This document shows, piece by piece, positions 27,119 to 40,118 of a stretch of 64,000 nucleotides of DNA. How positions within the stretch are numbered: position 1 is the stretch's first letter; each line of letters starts with the position of its first letter. The position numbers were made by a program, and so were the translations under genes. Origin of the DNA: Prorocentrum cordatum (lineage: Eukaryota); contig CAUYUJ010000002.1 in the NCBI GenBank assembly GCA_963575745.1, positions 2,232,001 through 2,296,000 on the forward strand. Direction: 5' to 3'. A model generated the notes under the pieces. That model did no database searches. It had not been told where the DNA came from and saw only the letters and a program-made list of their open reading frames with translations.

Positions 27119-27977
27119 AGGATCTATTCTCTCTGGGAGCATCTGTGAGACCACAGATTTGGAAGCTCCGGAGTCTCCTGGGGTGCGCCGGGGAGCCCAT
27201 ATAGCCCCCACCCCACCCCACCCCACCCCCCTTGAACTCGATTTTGGTCCCTGGGGGGAAGGTAGAGGGGTAGCAGCCAATCACCTCACACGCCTTCTCA
27301 CCCCTGGCAAACTGGAGTCTGCGGGTTCCGGCCTTGCGGGCTTTCCTCGCGGATTACTTGCAGCGTGTGCGTCATGCATTTCACGGATCGTGCGCTTTAA
27401 GCCTGGATGCACGCTTGACGATCTGCCCTCGGAGGACACAGATTTGATCATCCTAGGCTGCTGCAGTGTTTGCCCGAGCAGAGTGTTGACGATGACGGTT
27501 TCGGCCAAACCACAGGGATGAAGACGAGAAAAATGAGGTTGAGATGGAGGGATGCGCACACGTCGAAATCCTAGCTCTAAGGTCCCGCCAGGCGGTGCCC
27601 AGTTCGGCCTCTTCATTCCGCGATCGCGATGAATTGAGGATTCCGATCTTTAGCGTGATACCGGCGTAAACGGCGGGCATAGGCTTCAATTAATGTGTTT
27701 CTATGACAAGCAGCGGCGATTGATCTCTTGGGTTGCCACCGTTCGATGCCCCGTCACCGCATCATGAGTAGATCGCTACCTAGTCGAAGCATCTTCTTAC
27801 TCCCACAGTCGACAGACGCCTGCACCGGCAGGTCCAATCGTCGCGGTAAAATCGCGGCTGGCGCGGCCTCCAAGGTCGTCGCCTCCGATCTCGGCAGCCG
27901 CGCTACAGCCACGGCCAGCAGCGAGGCATGCCGCACGCCGAGGGCCCACAACCTCAGCGACCATTACCAAGAACAGC

Positions 27978-28123
27978 CGGGCGTGTCCCTCTACATGAGG
28001 AACATTCAAAAATAGTCAAAAAATAGTACGGGGATATCTTTATACTACGTTTGACTATGTTTGAGTATTAGTTGACTATGTTTTATTTGACCTCCAAGTT
28101 CCGCTTGTAGGGGGACGTGCCCG
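27978..28123. mobile_element. 146-bp MITE-like element
   Basis: 24-bp imperfect TIRs (19/24) CGGGCGTGTCCCTCTACA..TGTAGGGGGACGTGCCCG, AT-rich core. Confidence 0.65.
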
Positions 28124-28395
28124 ACCTTACCTTAGAATTGTCCGCGCTGCCAGCCGAGAAATGGCCACATCGACTATCGCTGCGAGCCGCCCATGGCAAG
28201 CGCCACGCTCCAACACGCCAAAAGCAAGGGCGCGAGCGCCAGTACGCCACGCCCACGCCAAAGCAGCTGACAGCCACGGGCTGACGGCCACGGCATGGAC
28301 AAGCAGCACATCGCTAAGTGAGTAGATGACATAAGCGACCCACACAACGTCGACCACGTCTTCCCCGCAGCAAATACAACATGATACAGGAGACA

Positions 28396-28635
28396 GTATC
28401 GCGGCAAAGCAACCTAACAGCGATGTTTAGAAGCATATATGGAAGCATTGCCCTTGAGATTCATGTAGGAGTCCTGTTGTAGAATTCTGGTGTAATCGCA
28501 GTCGCAATCGCAATGGCAGTTGCAGTGGCAACGGCAGTCGCAGTCGCAGCCTCAGCCTCAGCCTCAGCCTGCCTCAGCCTCAGCCTGCCTCAGCCTCAGC
28601 CTCAGCCTGCCTCAGCCTCAGCCTCAGCCTCTGCC

Positions 28636-28704
<69 letters not shown>

Positions 28705-28727
28705 TGGTAGTGGTAGTGGTAGTAGTG

Positions 28728-28761
<34 letters not shown>

Positions 28762-29677
28762 CACCAGTAGTAACATGCAGGCGCTGCAAGGCGTGTCTGC
28801 ATCCGTGCTTTCATCGCTCTGCATTCTCTCCCCTACTGCGTTGGTTTGTACCATCGTTTGCACAGCAGCAAAACGACATGCAGGATGCAGACTGAGGCGC
28901 CCCGTATCTCACTACCCATTGAATTGTTTGCAAAGGAATCAGTGCTGCCCCATCAGCACCGACGCGTCCAGAAAAGCAACTGCGGACTGAGAAACACCGC
29001 AGGCAAAAGTGAGACAACCGCGGCGGTGAGGGCAGCCGATTCAGCGGCTCGCCGCTTGGCGCGGCCGCACCTTGGGCACCCACTCCCGCACCCAGTGCAG
29101 CACGTTAGTTGGCTCCGGGCATTCAAAATCATGCCCAGGAACGGAGGTCTAGGAATTCGAAGAGCACGAAGTGGCCCACAGTTGGCTCCGGACATTCAAA
29201 ATCATGCCCAGGAATGGAATTCTGGGAACTCGAAGACCACGAAGTGGCTTACAGTTGGCTCCGAGCATTCAAAATCATGCCTAGGAATGGAGTTCTGGGA
29301 ATTCGAAGATCACGAAGTGGCCTACAGTTGGCTCCGGACATTCAAAATCATGTCCAGGAGTGTAATTCTGGGAACTCGAAGACCACGAAGTGGCCTACAG
29401 TTGGTTCCGAGCATTCAAAATCATGCCCAGGAATGGAGTTCTGGGAATTCGAAGACCACGAGGTGGCCTACAGTTGGCTCCGGGCATTCAAAAACATGCC
29501 CAGGAATGGAGTTCTGGGACCTCAAAGACCACGAAGTGTTTAACTGTTTGCTTAAAACGATTTCCGCGGATTCTCCCCGGCACCCGTCCGGCACCTGCCC
29601 AGACCCCCTCTGAGGAGTCAAGATGCTTTCTTTTGAGACCATTAGAAACTTATCAGTTTTCGCTGTTGGGTAAAAAA
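28396..29677 (-). mobile_element. Family 3 element, inverted copy with (TAG)n and extra internal sequence
   Basis: CCTAACAGCGA (28413-28423), TCGCTGTTGGG (29660-29670) then A-run; 73-bp array 29100-29540; (CAGCCT)n. Confidence 0.78.
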
Positions 29678-30379
29678 CAATCAGGGGCTCTAGGGCTATA
29701 TGGCTATAAGGATATAGGGCTATAGGGCTATAGGACTATCGGGCTATCAGGCTATTATGGCTATAGGGCTATTTTGCTATAGGGCTATAAGGCTATAAGG
29801 CTATAGGGCTATGGGGCACCCGGGCACCCGGGCACCTGGGCACCCGGGCACCCGGGCGTGCCGCCGAAATCGGCGCCAACCCTTAACTTAGCCATACGAT
29901 ACCGAAGAAAACAACCCTATCATAATCTTTTTAGGGCCACAGGGCTATAGGGATATAGGGCTGTAAGGTTATGGGGCTATAGAGCTATAGGGTTATGGGG
30001 CTATAAGGCTATGAGGCTATAGGGCTATAAGGCTATTGAGCTATTGAGCTATTGGGCTATTGGGCTATTGGGCTATTGGGCTATAGGGCTATTAGGGCTA
30101 TAGGTATACAGGCCTATAGAGCTATAGGGCTATTAAGGCTATAGGGCTGTAGAACTATAGGGCTATAGAGCTATATGGGGTATAGGGCTATAGGGCTATA
30201 GGGCTATACAGCTATAGGGCTATAGGGCTACCCGGGCACCCGGGCACCCGGGCGTGCCGCCGAAATCAGCACCAACCTTTCACCTAATCATATGAACCCG
30301 TAGGACCCCTACAGAGGCAAACTCTGGTTGGGGAATGAATCCGCTAGGACCCCTACAGAGGCAAGCTCTGATTTGGGAC
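29678..30379 (-). mobile_element. Two nested family 2 elements (inner copy 29896-30335)
   Basis: Outer copy ..GCCATA (29895) rejoins TGAATCCGCTAGGACC (30336) to restore the CATATGAATCCGCTAGG seen in other copies. Confidence 0.72.
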
Positions 30380-31481
30380 ATTCTGCCCATGGTAGCGGCC
30401 TCCCAAACGACCAGACCGACTGCATCCTTTCGGCACTAGCCACCTCGGCAGCTTCGACAAACTCGCCAGAATCGCCAGGGCCAATAGCCAGGCAGCCACT
30501 GACAGCAACGACGCGTCGGCAACGCCTTAAACTCCACGCGCGCGACGCCGCTTGAAACTGGACGCGCCAACGGGAAATTGCTCGGACCAGCGCCACGAGA
30601 GCAGGGAACGAGGAGGACCGCGCAGGCACCACAGTCTTGAGCGAGCAACTGACCGACGCCGACAACCTGGAGGGAAGCAAAAGGCGGAGCGGAGGATGAG
30701 GCGGGAAGGGAGGAGCAGGAAGAGGAGAAGGAGGAGAAGGAGAAGAAGATGTAAGAGAGGGAGTTCGAGGTGGGAACGAGCAGGCGGGGAACAGAAGGAG
30801 CATGTGGGAAAGCGGACGGAAAAGGAGGAGCTGGAGGAGGAGGAGGAGGCGGAGGAAAAAGAAGAGAAGGGGGAGAATTAAGACTCAGAAGCAGAGAAGA
30901 AGTGAAGGTGGAGGGTCACCCACCCCAGGCCGGAACCGCAGATCGAAGGGGAAGTCGCGGTTTTCGACGTGGAGGACAACTCACTAGTGTCAGAGGCGGC
31001 GGCGCTGTGGCTCCTGCAACAGGACCTGTCCCTTCATGGCACGCGTGGCTAGGAAGACACGCCATGAATGCCCCATGAGTACAGCATTCGATCGCTTGTT
31101 GAGTGGTTCGTCTTCTTGGGAGGCACTCATGTTGGATCAGCTTGGAGCCATGCTCAAAATTGTGTTGGGCCAACTTGGGCTTTGGCCCTGCTGGGCGATC
31201 TTGGAGGATCGCTTGGGATGCACGTCGTTCGTGTCTCACTCTTTCACGGCGGGCTCAATCTGTGGCGATTGGATCGAAAATGTGTTTGTGGCGTCCTATC
31301 CTATCGGCTCCTCCTCCTCGTCCTTCTCCTCCTCCTCTCCTCCTCCTCCTCCTCCTCCTCCTCCTCCTCCTCCTCCTCCTCCTCCTCCTCCTCCTCCTCC
31401 TCTCCCGCTTCAAAATAGCTTTGAACACAAAAAGCAAATTGACCAACAAGCAAGCAGACTAACTAACTAACAAACCATCCC

Positions 31482-31521
<40 letters not shown>

Positions 31522-33414
31522 CACACATGCACACACACACACACACTTCAGGTCAGCACAGAGGACCCTCACGCGCGAGCAGCAGATGGAAGTGCGAATT
31601 GCGATTGAGCAGTGTCGAAGGCACAGTGAACAAAACGTGCACGCTGCCAATGCAGCGATGGGTGGTTTGAAGGAGGATCTGCAAACTCAAGCAACACACA
31701 TACACACAGAAACACGCCAGGCTCAAGCTCGAGGAGGGCCCGGATCTCGCTCACCCCCCATCGCATCATTCCTGGCCTCTTGACCCCACCCTGGGGCCAG
31801 GATATCCGCCAGCGAGGAACATAATGTCAGAAGCGAGAAGGGGGGCCAGAAAGGAAGGATGCGGATCTGGGGCGAGGGAGCCACATGTGGCCTCCTTGGA
31901 CCCCGTGACGACCCGCGCCCTCCCCTCTCCTCCCCTTTCCGTCCAAAGCACAGGGGGAGCGGCGAGGGAGCGAATCCCCGCCCTAAAAGGAAGGAGGGGG
32001 TTGCTGTGGAAGAGCTCAGACTGCTAAGCCAGCTACGCCCAGATGGTTGGTGAGAGTTCGGAGAATCCAGATCTTGTCATCTTGTCCCACGGCTTGCGTC
32101 TCTCAGGCACCAGACCGTCGAATTGCCGTAGCTTACGTCTGACATGTACCGATCCTTGACAGTTGTGCACATATTGCCATGACACGGCCTCCGATTCGCA
32201 TTCCTGTCTCGGGCTTGGCCACATTCTGCTCCACAATTGTGCTCTCAGGTCGGCGCCAGCCAGACTATGTTTACGCTTGGGGAGGCAGTTGACGGGGCGG
32301 GAGCCCTGCATCCGATCAGATGGACCCCCCCAACAAGGCTTGCTCTAGAACAATGAGGGCGGGTGTCGAGGGCTTCGGAGATGCAAACTGATGAAAAGCG
32401 AGTAAGTGAGCGCGACCATTCTTCGGGTGACCATTGGTTATCATTTATCATCGTGGGTGTTTGTGGTTGTAGAGCGCCTTCTCGATGGTACCCTTTTCGC
32501 TCTCATGCCAGCGCGTAACCAGAGGAGGGGGACGGAGTTGGTTTCCACCCACCCACCCACCCCCTCACACCTGAGGCCCGCGCAGAGACACGTGGCCGCA
32601 TGCAGTGGAAGTGCAGGAGCAGGGCATCTCTGCCGTGCGCGTCCCTGGATTGCCCCGGCGCCCGTGGAGCAGGACCCGCGACCAGCCTCCAGCTCTGGTT
32701 CCTTGCCGCCGTCATCGCTGGCGACGCCGCTGGCGGCGCTCACGTCGCGGGCTCGGCCTCAGGGTTTTTGGCAGCGAGGGCCAGCGGGCGACGAGGAGCT
32801 TGAGCGCCACACAGCGGGGGCGTGCCCCCCCCTGAGGCCTCCTCCGTCCTCCTCCGTCCTCCTCCTCCTCCTCCGCCTCCTCCTCCTGCGCTGGCCGCGG
32901 GTGTGGCGCCCCCGCCAGCTCTCAGGGGGCTGCCCTGAGCAATGGTCCCCAAAGTCCTGCACCTGTACACAATAGCCGGCCCCCCTTTGGAGACCGTCCT
33001 GCGCACGAGTTCATACAACCGGGAGAAAGGGGAGAGGAAGGCAGCAAGGAGGAGGGGACAGTCGCGCAAAAAGCGTAGCAGCAGGGGCGGCCCGGCAGGG
33101 GAAGGGGAGGGAGGGGGAAGGGAGAGGGGGACGGGGGGCGGCGGCGGTCGTCGGGGTGGTCGCTGTGGTCGTGCTGGAGGTGGTCGTCGTGCCTCCTCCC
33201 CCTCCTCCTCCTCCTCCTCCTCCTCCTCCTCCTCCTCCTCCTCCTCCTCCTCCTCCTCCCCCTCCTTCCTCCTCCTCCCTCCTCCTTCCTCGGAGCCGCC
33301 GCCCGCATCTGGCCTCCCGCGGCCCCCAGGGGGCCGCGCACAGGAGAGGCCTTCTGCCGTCAGGGGCCGCTCTCGCGCGCCAGCCGTGCAGGGCGCTGCG
33401 GGCGCACTCGGCAG

Positions 33415-33455
<41 letters not shown>

Positions 33456-33790
33456 GCTCTCTCTGTGTCTCTTTGTTGTTTCTCTCTCTCTCTCTCTATT
33501 ATCTCTCTCTCTCTCTCGTTCTCTTTCTCTATATCTCTCTGTATATATATATATACATGTACCTATGCATATATATATATATGTGTATATATATATGTGT
33601 GTATGCATGTGCATGTATATATAAAATTCATACATACATGCATGCACACATACATGCATACATACGTACGAACGTACGAACATACATACATGCATACATG
33701 CATGCATACATACATACTGACACATACACTTATACATACACATGCACATACATAGAACTATACACACGTACATGCATATGAATATGCATA
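33415..33790. repeat. (CT)n/(TA)n/(CATA)n compound microsatellite
   Basis: Direct reading. Confidence 0.9.
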
Positions 33791-34869
33791 CAAGACTGCA
33801 TTGGGGCTTCGCGCCATGCGCTTTGTTCCAGACCCTCCCCGACAAAGCATCGTTTGCTTCAGTGGGGGGACCTCGAAGCCTGGACGAGCGACCCGTTCAT
33901 TTTTCTGATATCTCTGGTGCCTGCTGACACCGCGTTCGCCCGACGTGCTTGCACGCTTCTGCGCAGGAGTGAGGAAGGAATGATGATTTTTCACGCCGAA
34001 GGTCCTTTGAGGAAGTATGGAGCGTTCCCATGACACGCCGAAGAATTCGCAGTAGCTCCGGACAAATCGATTTGTTGGTAGCTTCCTGAAAGCCTGGAGG
34101 GCCCCCGGCATTCAGGAAATCTTCGATCGTCGAACTTCGAATATCGATCCATTGCCTGTCTCTCTCGATCGAGGATCTTAAGCCGCGAGCCTCAGGCGTG
34201 GGACCAAGATCGTCGGGTCAGCTCGATGTATTTCGTAGGAAATAGCCGTCTGCGCGTTTTGGGGTCTCTTTTGGGCCGTCCTGGGGCCCTCTCGGGCCGT
34301 CCCAGTGCCTTCTTGGGCCGTCTTGGGGAGCTGGAGCCCTCCAGAGGTCTTCTGAAGCCATCTAGGGTCTACGGCCCTCTTGGGGGCCTCCAATGGCCTT
34401 TTTGGTGGTCTCCCATGGCTTTCGTGGGTCTCTCTTGGGGGCCTTCTGGGGGCATCTTGGGTTTTTTGCGGGCAGTCTCGGGGCTCTCTAGGGCAGTCCT
34501 GGGGCCTTTTTGGGCAGTCTTCAAGCCCTCCGGGGGGCCTTTTGGGCCGTCTCGGGGCGATATCAGGGGCCCATCGGGCCGTCTTGGACGCTGCGAAATC
34601 CCAAACAGCGGAAATGTTAAACTTATACATATCCCCGAGGAAATGGGACTATGTTTGCTTCTTCGGGGCTCTCTTAGCCGCCTCTTGGGCCGTCTCGGGG
34701 GCCTCTTGGGCCGTCTTCAGACCATCGAGGTTCCTCTTGGAGCGCTCTTGTGTTGTCTTGGGTCTCTCTTACGCCTCTCCGATGACCCCTCTGATCGCCT
34801 CGAGTCTGCTCGCAAGGCCTGGCAAGGCGCCCTGGGAGGCCAGGGGGCCAGAGCGCCCATACCGTACAC

Positions 34870-35195
34870 CCCCATACTGGACACCTCCACTCCACCAGTT
34901 TGTGCAGACTACGTGTTTCCAGCAGCATGTGCAGACCCCACCGAACACCCATACCATCTACCTCCACACCACCAGCTTGTGCAGACTACCTCGTCCCAGC
35001 AGCATGTGCAGACACCACTGTGCGCCCATTCCGTCCACCTCCACACCACCAGCTTGTGCAGACTACGTCGTCCCAGCAGCAGGTGCAGACGTCACCGAGC
35101 GTCCATACCATCCACCTCCACACCTCCAGCTTGTGCAGACCCCACTGTGCACCCATACCGTCCACCTCCACACCACCAGCTTGTGCAGACCACCC
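34870..35195. repeat. CCACCTCCACACCACCAGCTTGTGCAGAC tandem repeat
   Basis: Motif recurs about 5 times. Confidence 0.8.
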
Positions 35196-35414
35196 GGGGG
35201 GGCTCATCCCTGCCACTGGCAGCCGCTGCCATCCCATATCTTTCACTCACGTCCATCACCATCACCATGGATGTCGTCATATACAGATACGGTGTGTGCA
35301 CTGTTTGGGGTCCACACGGCGGACCGACAAGGGGGACGATTGGGATCGGCCGGACACGTGTGCAATACGAGTTACTCAATATGAACAACCAGACCGTTAC
35401 TCGACAAGTGCGCA

Positions 35415-36670
35415 GGCGTCGTGTGTCCACATGCCGGCTCCCTCCTCGACTAGCTCACCGACTCCGGTGCCGACCAGCTCGCCGACTTTCGCGCCGACCA
35501 GCTCACCGACTCCTGCATCGACCAGCCGACTCCCGCGCCGACCAGATCGCGGCCTGCCGCACCGAGCAACTTGCTGGCTGTCTCCTCGACTAGCTCTCCG
35601 ACTCCCGCGCCGACCAGATCGCGGCCTGCCGCAACGACCACGTTTTCTGCTCCCTCATCGGCCAGTTCACCTGCTCTCCGACTCCGGCGCCGACCAGATC
35701 GCGGCCTGCCGCACCGACCAGCTTGCCGGCTTCCTCATCGACCAGCTCACCGACTCCAGCAACGACCAGATCGCGAACAAGGCTCATGGGTTTATATTTT
35801 GGCGCTATCTGGTACAAGCTATCGTGTCCTCGCACGTGTGTGCGTGGCGGCATCACTCTGGATATTTGGGTGGACCGGCCTATCCGTGCCCTGATGGTCC
35901 GCTACCGAAAATTTCCGGTAGCGCTCCGCAGAGATCGGTCGCTACCGAAATACCGAAATGTAGCGCCCAATACCGGTATCAGAGCGTTCTGAAATCAGCT
36001 ATTTCAACGCCCTCAAACGAAGATCCGGTCGCTACCGAAATTCGGGGCGCGTCGAAATCGCTACCGAAAATTTCCGGTACCAGACCATCTGGGTGACATA
36101 ACGCCCGGCATTCTGACGTCCACATTCCGGAGAGAATTTAGCCGTCAGAACCGTTTCGGCTCGTGCCCAAAAATGCGTCGTGTTTCCACATGCCGGCTCC
36201 CTCCTCGACCAGCTCACCGATTCCGGTGCCGACCAGCTCGCCGACTTCCGCGCCGACCAGCTCACCGACTCCTGCATCGACCAGCCGACTCCCGCGCCGA
36301 CCAGATCGCGGCCTGCCGCACCGAGCAACTTGCTGGCTGTCTCATCGACTAGCTCTCCGACTCCCGCGCCGACCAGATCGCGGCCTGCCGCACCGAGCAA
36401 CTTGCTGGCTGTCTCCTCGACCAGCTCTCCGACTCCCGCGCCGACCAGATCGCGGCCTGCCGCGTCGACCACGTTTTCTGCTCCCTCATCGGCCAGTTCA
36501 CCTGCTCTCCGACTCCGGCGCCGACCAGATCGCGGCCTGCCGCACCGACCAGCTTGCCGGCTTCCTCATCGACCAGCTCTTCGACCCCGGTGCCGACCGG
36601 ATCGCGGCCTGCCGAACCGACCATCCTGCCGGCTCCCTCATCGGCCAACTCACCGACTCCCGCACCAACT
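35415..36670 (+). repeat. Duplicated blocks of 24/72-bp CCGACCAG repeats (PTSSPT-like when translated)
   Basis: 35415-35775 duplicated at ~36175-36580. Confidence 0.8.
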
Positions 36671-38867
36671 CCCGCATTCCCTCCCTCTCATGTGGTCTGC
36701 ATGCGTTTCCTGATGAATTGGGGTCTTCAGGCTACCGTATGCACGGGCCAGGCCCCATTACGGCCGACAGCGGCCGACCCCAGCCATTGCGCTGGGCTTG
36801 GCCGCCCGCCGCCTAGGTGGGCCCATGCCTGGCGCGATGCCGCCACGCAGGAACACCAGATATAGACTTCACTTGTCCAGACTGTTGTGCTGTAAGCTGT
36901 GGGTGTGCTCGGCCGCCCTTCGCCTCCTTCTCGCCCCCCTCTTCTCTGTACTCGGCACGTGTGGGACCCTGGTGCGCGTGCCGCTGTTGGCCTCCGCACC
37001 CACGAGCTCTCGTCCTTCGTGACGCCAGGTTTGGATGTTGTGCACTATGCCGACTTGTTCGACCGGGCGTAGCGTAGCGTAGCCGGCAGTCTCGCTCCGT
37101 CCGTTCTCCGCTGCTGCTCTGCTCGTTATTTCGTCTCGTCTTCTCTCTGATTTCTTTCTTCGTGTTTCCCTCGTCCCCCGCTGCGTGCTTCTTGTGCTTC
37201 TCCGCTGCCCCTTGCTTGCCGTCCGCTGCCTTCTCCGCTTTCTCTCCTTCCTCCTCTAGTGCGTGCGCTCTTGGCGATGTCTCGTGTGACATTCCCAGGT
37301 TGCCCGGTGGTCTTCTGTCTCACGTTGTGGAGCCATTTGTGCATGGAAGTCTTGAGGAAGTTAAAAAAGCAAGGTGCCCTGGGAGGCCCGGAAGGGCCAG
37401 CAGACCTTTTCCAAGGGCGTCCAGGGGGCGCTGAGACGTCCCGAAAGGGCGTCCAGGGCGTCCCTGGGGGGGGTGTCCGGTGTAGGGGGGGGGCCCGGGT
37501 AATTACAATATAAGAATGCGCATATTCACCAGGTTTCTGCGGCGCCTTGTGTGCGGGGTCTTTCGCATGGGCGCAAGACCTTCTCTTGAGATGCTGTGGG
37601 TTTGCCCGACACGTCTCGGTGGGCGGCCGGTTTGCGAAGCGGCGTTGGCGTCGGGTGTGGCGGCCCATCGCTGACCGTCCGCGACAGATCGTCGCCCGCC
37701 CCGTCGCCCCCCCAAGCCCAGAAATTTGTTGGCTAAAAGTCTCAAGCGATTCGAAAGTCCCGGGCTTAACGATCGCCAGTGATTTCAATTTTCTTGCCGC
37801 GGACAACATGTTGCAAGACCGTGGTCGCTTGGAGTTCAGTCATGGAGCGGAGTACCCCTCAAATGGTTCGGGACACACGCTGCTGCGTGAAGAGAATCAC
37901 GTTTCGCGGTCACTGAAGCTGGGGAGCTGATGAGTCCAAGACGTGGCGATGGAGCGCGACAATAATTTATAGGATAGAGGCGCTCCGCGCTGCACGAGGC
38001 GACACCTTAGACAACCTACGAGGACTCTCTGTCGACCGAGGGGGCGGCGTCGGGCGCGCCGCCCTTCCACTGCTGCTGTCAGCGCGTGACGCGCGGGGAG
38101 AGCTTTGACGACCTGTGATGACTATCCGTCGACCAAGGGGGCGGCGACGGGCACGCCGTCGTTCAACTCCTGCTGTCAGCGCGTGGCGCGAAGCGAGAGT
38201 TTTGACAACAGACGATGGCCATCACGAGCGGCGAACATATCCGTATCCACACCCTCGCGGTCTGAAATCTGGGGCGCGATCCCGCGGATACGCGGTCGCT
38301 AGGATACGTCACACGCGGGGCATCCGCGCAAAGACGCCCCGTGTCCGCGGGGCCGCGGCCCAGGAGCCTGGCCCGCGAGGCTGCGGATGATCCGGTTATG
38401 TCCGTCGCCCGCGAAATTATCCGCCGACCGAGGTCGACGTCGGGAACGCCGTCCTTCCACCCCCGTTCTCAGCACGTGGCGCGAAGCGAAAGCTTGAACG
38501 ACCGAATTACAATGACTATCTGCCGACCGAGGGGAGGGCATCGAGCGCGCCGCCCTTGCAGCCCCTTCCTTCCCTCCCACTCCTGCGTCGGGTTCGCCGC
38601 CCTTCCACTCCCGACCGTCCGTCGACCGAGGTCGGCGTCGGGCACGCCGTCGTTCCACTCCTGCTCGCAGCTGGTCGCCTCGGCGCCGTCGCAGCTCGCC
38701 GGCGCGGCGGGCGCGTTCCGCTGGCCGCAGCGGCAGTCGCGCGACCACGGGCAGGCCCGCGCGCGGGTCGCGCGGGGGCGGCCGCCCGCGCTGCGGGGCA
38801 GCTTTTGCTCCTGCGTTTTGCGTCGGCCACACATGGGGAGCGAGGCCCGTTGTGACTGAGGTTAAGT

Positions 38868-39012
38868 CGGGCGTGTCCTTCTACAGGAGGAATAGTCAAA
38901 GCTGGTCCAACAATACTCTGGGGACGATTTTTTTTCTATTCTTGACCATTTGGGGGTATGTTTTCACGATGTGCTTTCTCCCCCAAAATCCGCATATAGG
39001 AGGACACGCCCG
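38868..39012. mobile_element. 145-bp MITE-like element (same family as 27978)
   Basis: 24-bp TIRs 20/24: CGGGCGTGTCCTTCTA..TAGGAGGACACGCCCG. Confidence 0.68.
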
Positions 39013-39060
39013 TTCTAAGTCGAAGTCCAGCTACGCGTAAGATTTGGGACTCCCAGAAAC

Positions 39061-39247
39061 GGTCGGAGCAGATGGGGTCGGAGGATCGCGCCACATCGGC
39101 GATGCATCGGTACTGCGGCTCGATGTGGAGACCGATTTTTTCCACGCCAGCGTCGCCGCGGCATCGCCGACGTCGCCAATGCATCGCCGATGCATCGTCG
39201 ATGCATCAACGATGCGGCGCGATCCTCCGACCACGTCTGCTCCGACC
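39061..39247. mobile_element. 187-bp hairpin/MITE-like element, second family
   Basis: 49-bp inverted arms (44/49) at 39061-39109 and 39199-39247; related copy at ~60119-60262. Confidence 0.7.
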
Positions 39248-40118
39248 CCATCCGAGAGGCCTCTCTAAGAGCGCCCCTGCGTCAGAGTGACCTCTGGTGC
39301 GCAGCGTTCGAGGGGCGCGGGGGCCAAGCCCAGGCACTCGAGGCCGCCTCTGTCGCACCGCACGCCACCACCGACAAGCCGCGCACCAAAGGTCACTCCT
39401 GCCTAGGGTCACCCTTGCGTGTAGCTGATAGTGCGAGGAGAAAAGTCGAGGATGAGGACATTAAAATATGTGTTGCATGAGTTTGTTGGCAAAGGGAGCT
39501 CAAGCGTCACACCACGAGAATTTCTGAAATCGGGTACTCGGTAATCCATGCTGCACGCTCAGGGCACAGTTGCGGACAGTGCACATGTGGGCAAGAGCAA
39601 GGGAAGTTAGTTATCTCATCCACAAGTTGAGTGGGAAACTGTTGCTTCCTCAAACAGTGCATGCACGTAGGGATTCTGACTTGCTTTACCAAGGTAATTG
39701 GCTGGGTCAGCTGGGGTGTCGCCTGGTGCCCAAGTGGTGGCCGCCCCCTGAGTTGGGTGGGTCTGCCAGGGTTTCGATTGGTGTTCGCCCGTGGGCGCCC
39801 CGTGCATCGGGTGCACCAGATAGTTCGCACCAAAGAGCCTGCACCCACGTAGATATCACAACATTCATCGCGCCACACAGGTTTGACCACGCAGATGGCG
39901 CCACATCGATCGCACCACACATAATGCATTCACTGTGACTCACGGCTTGGTGGGTGCAATAATTCATTGTTTGAGGTGTGCGTTGTGTGTTTCTTGAACA
40001 TGTTTGCGGTACGGTCGAAGCGTTGTGCGCCTACTTCGGCCCCCGCAGTAGTTTCGGAAAAAGAGTTTGCGTTGCAGCATGTTGGCAGGTATGAGTTGGG
40101 CACTGGCCTGCACGGACG

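Noticed and set aside
27453..27710. HIN..AVYAGI resembling a DIRS RNase H motif on the minus strand
   Set aside because: Needs a frameshift and other catalytic motifs are absent
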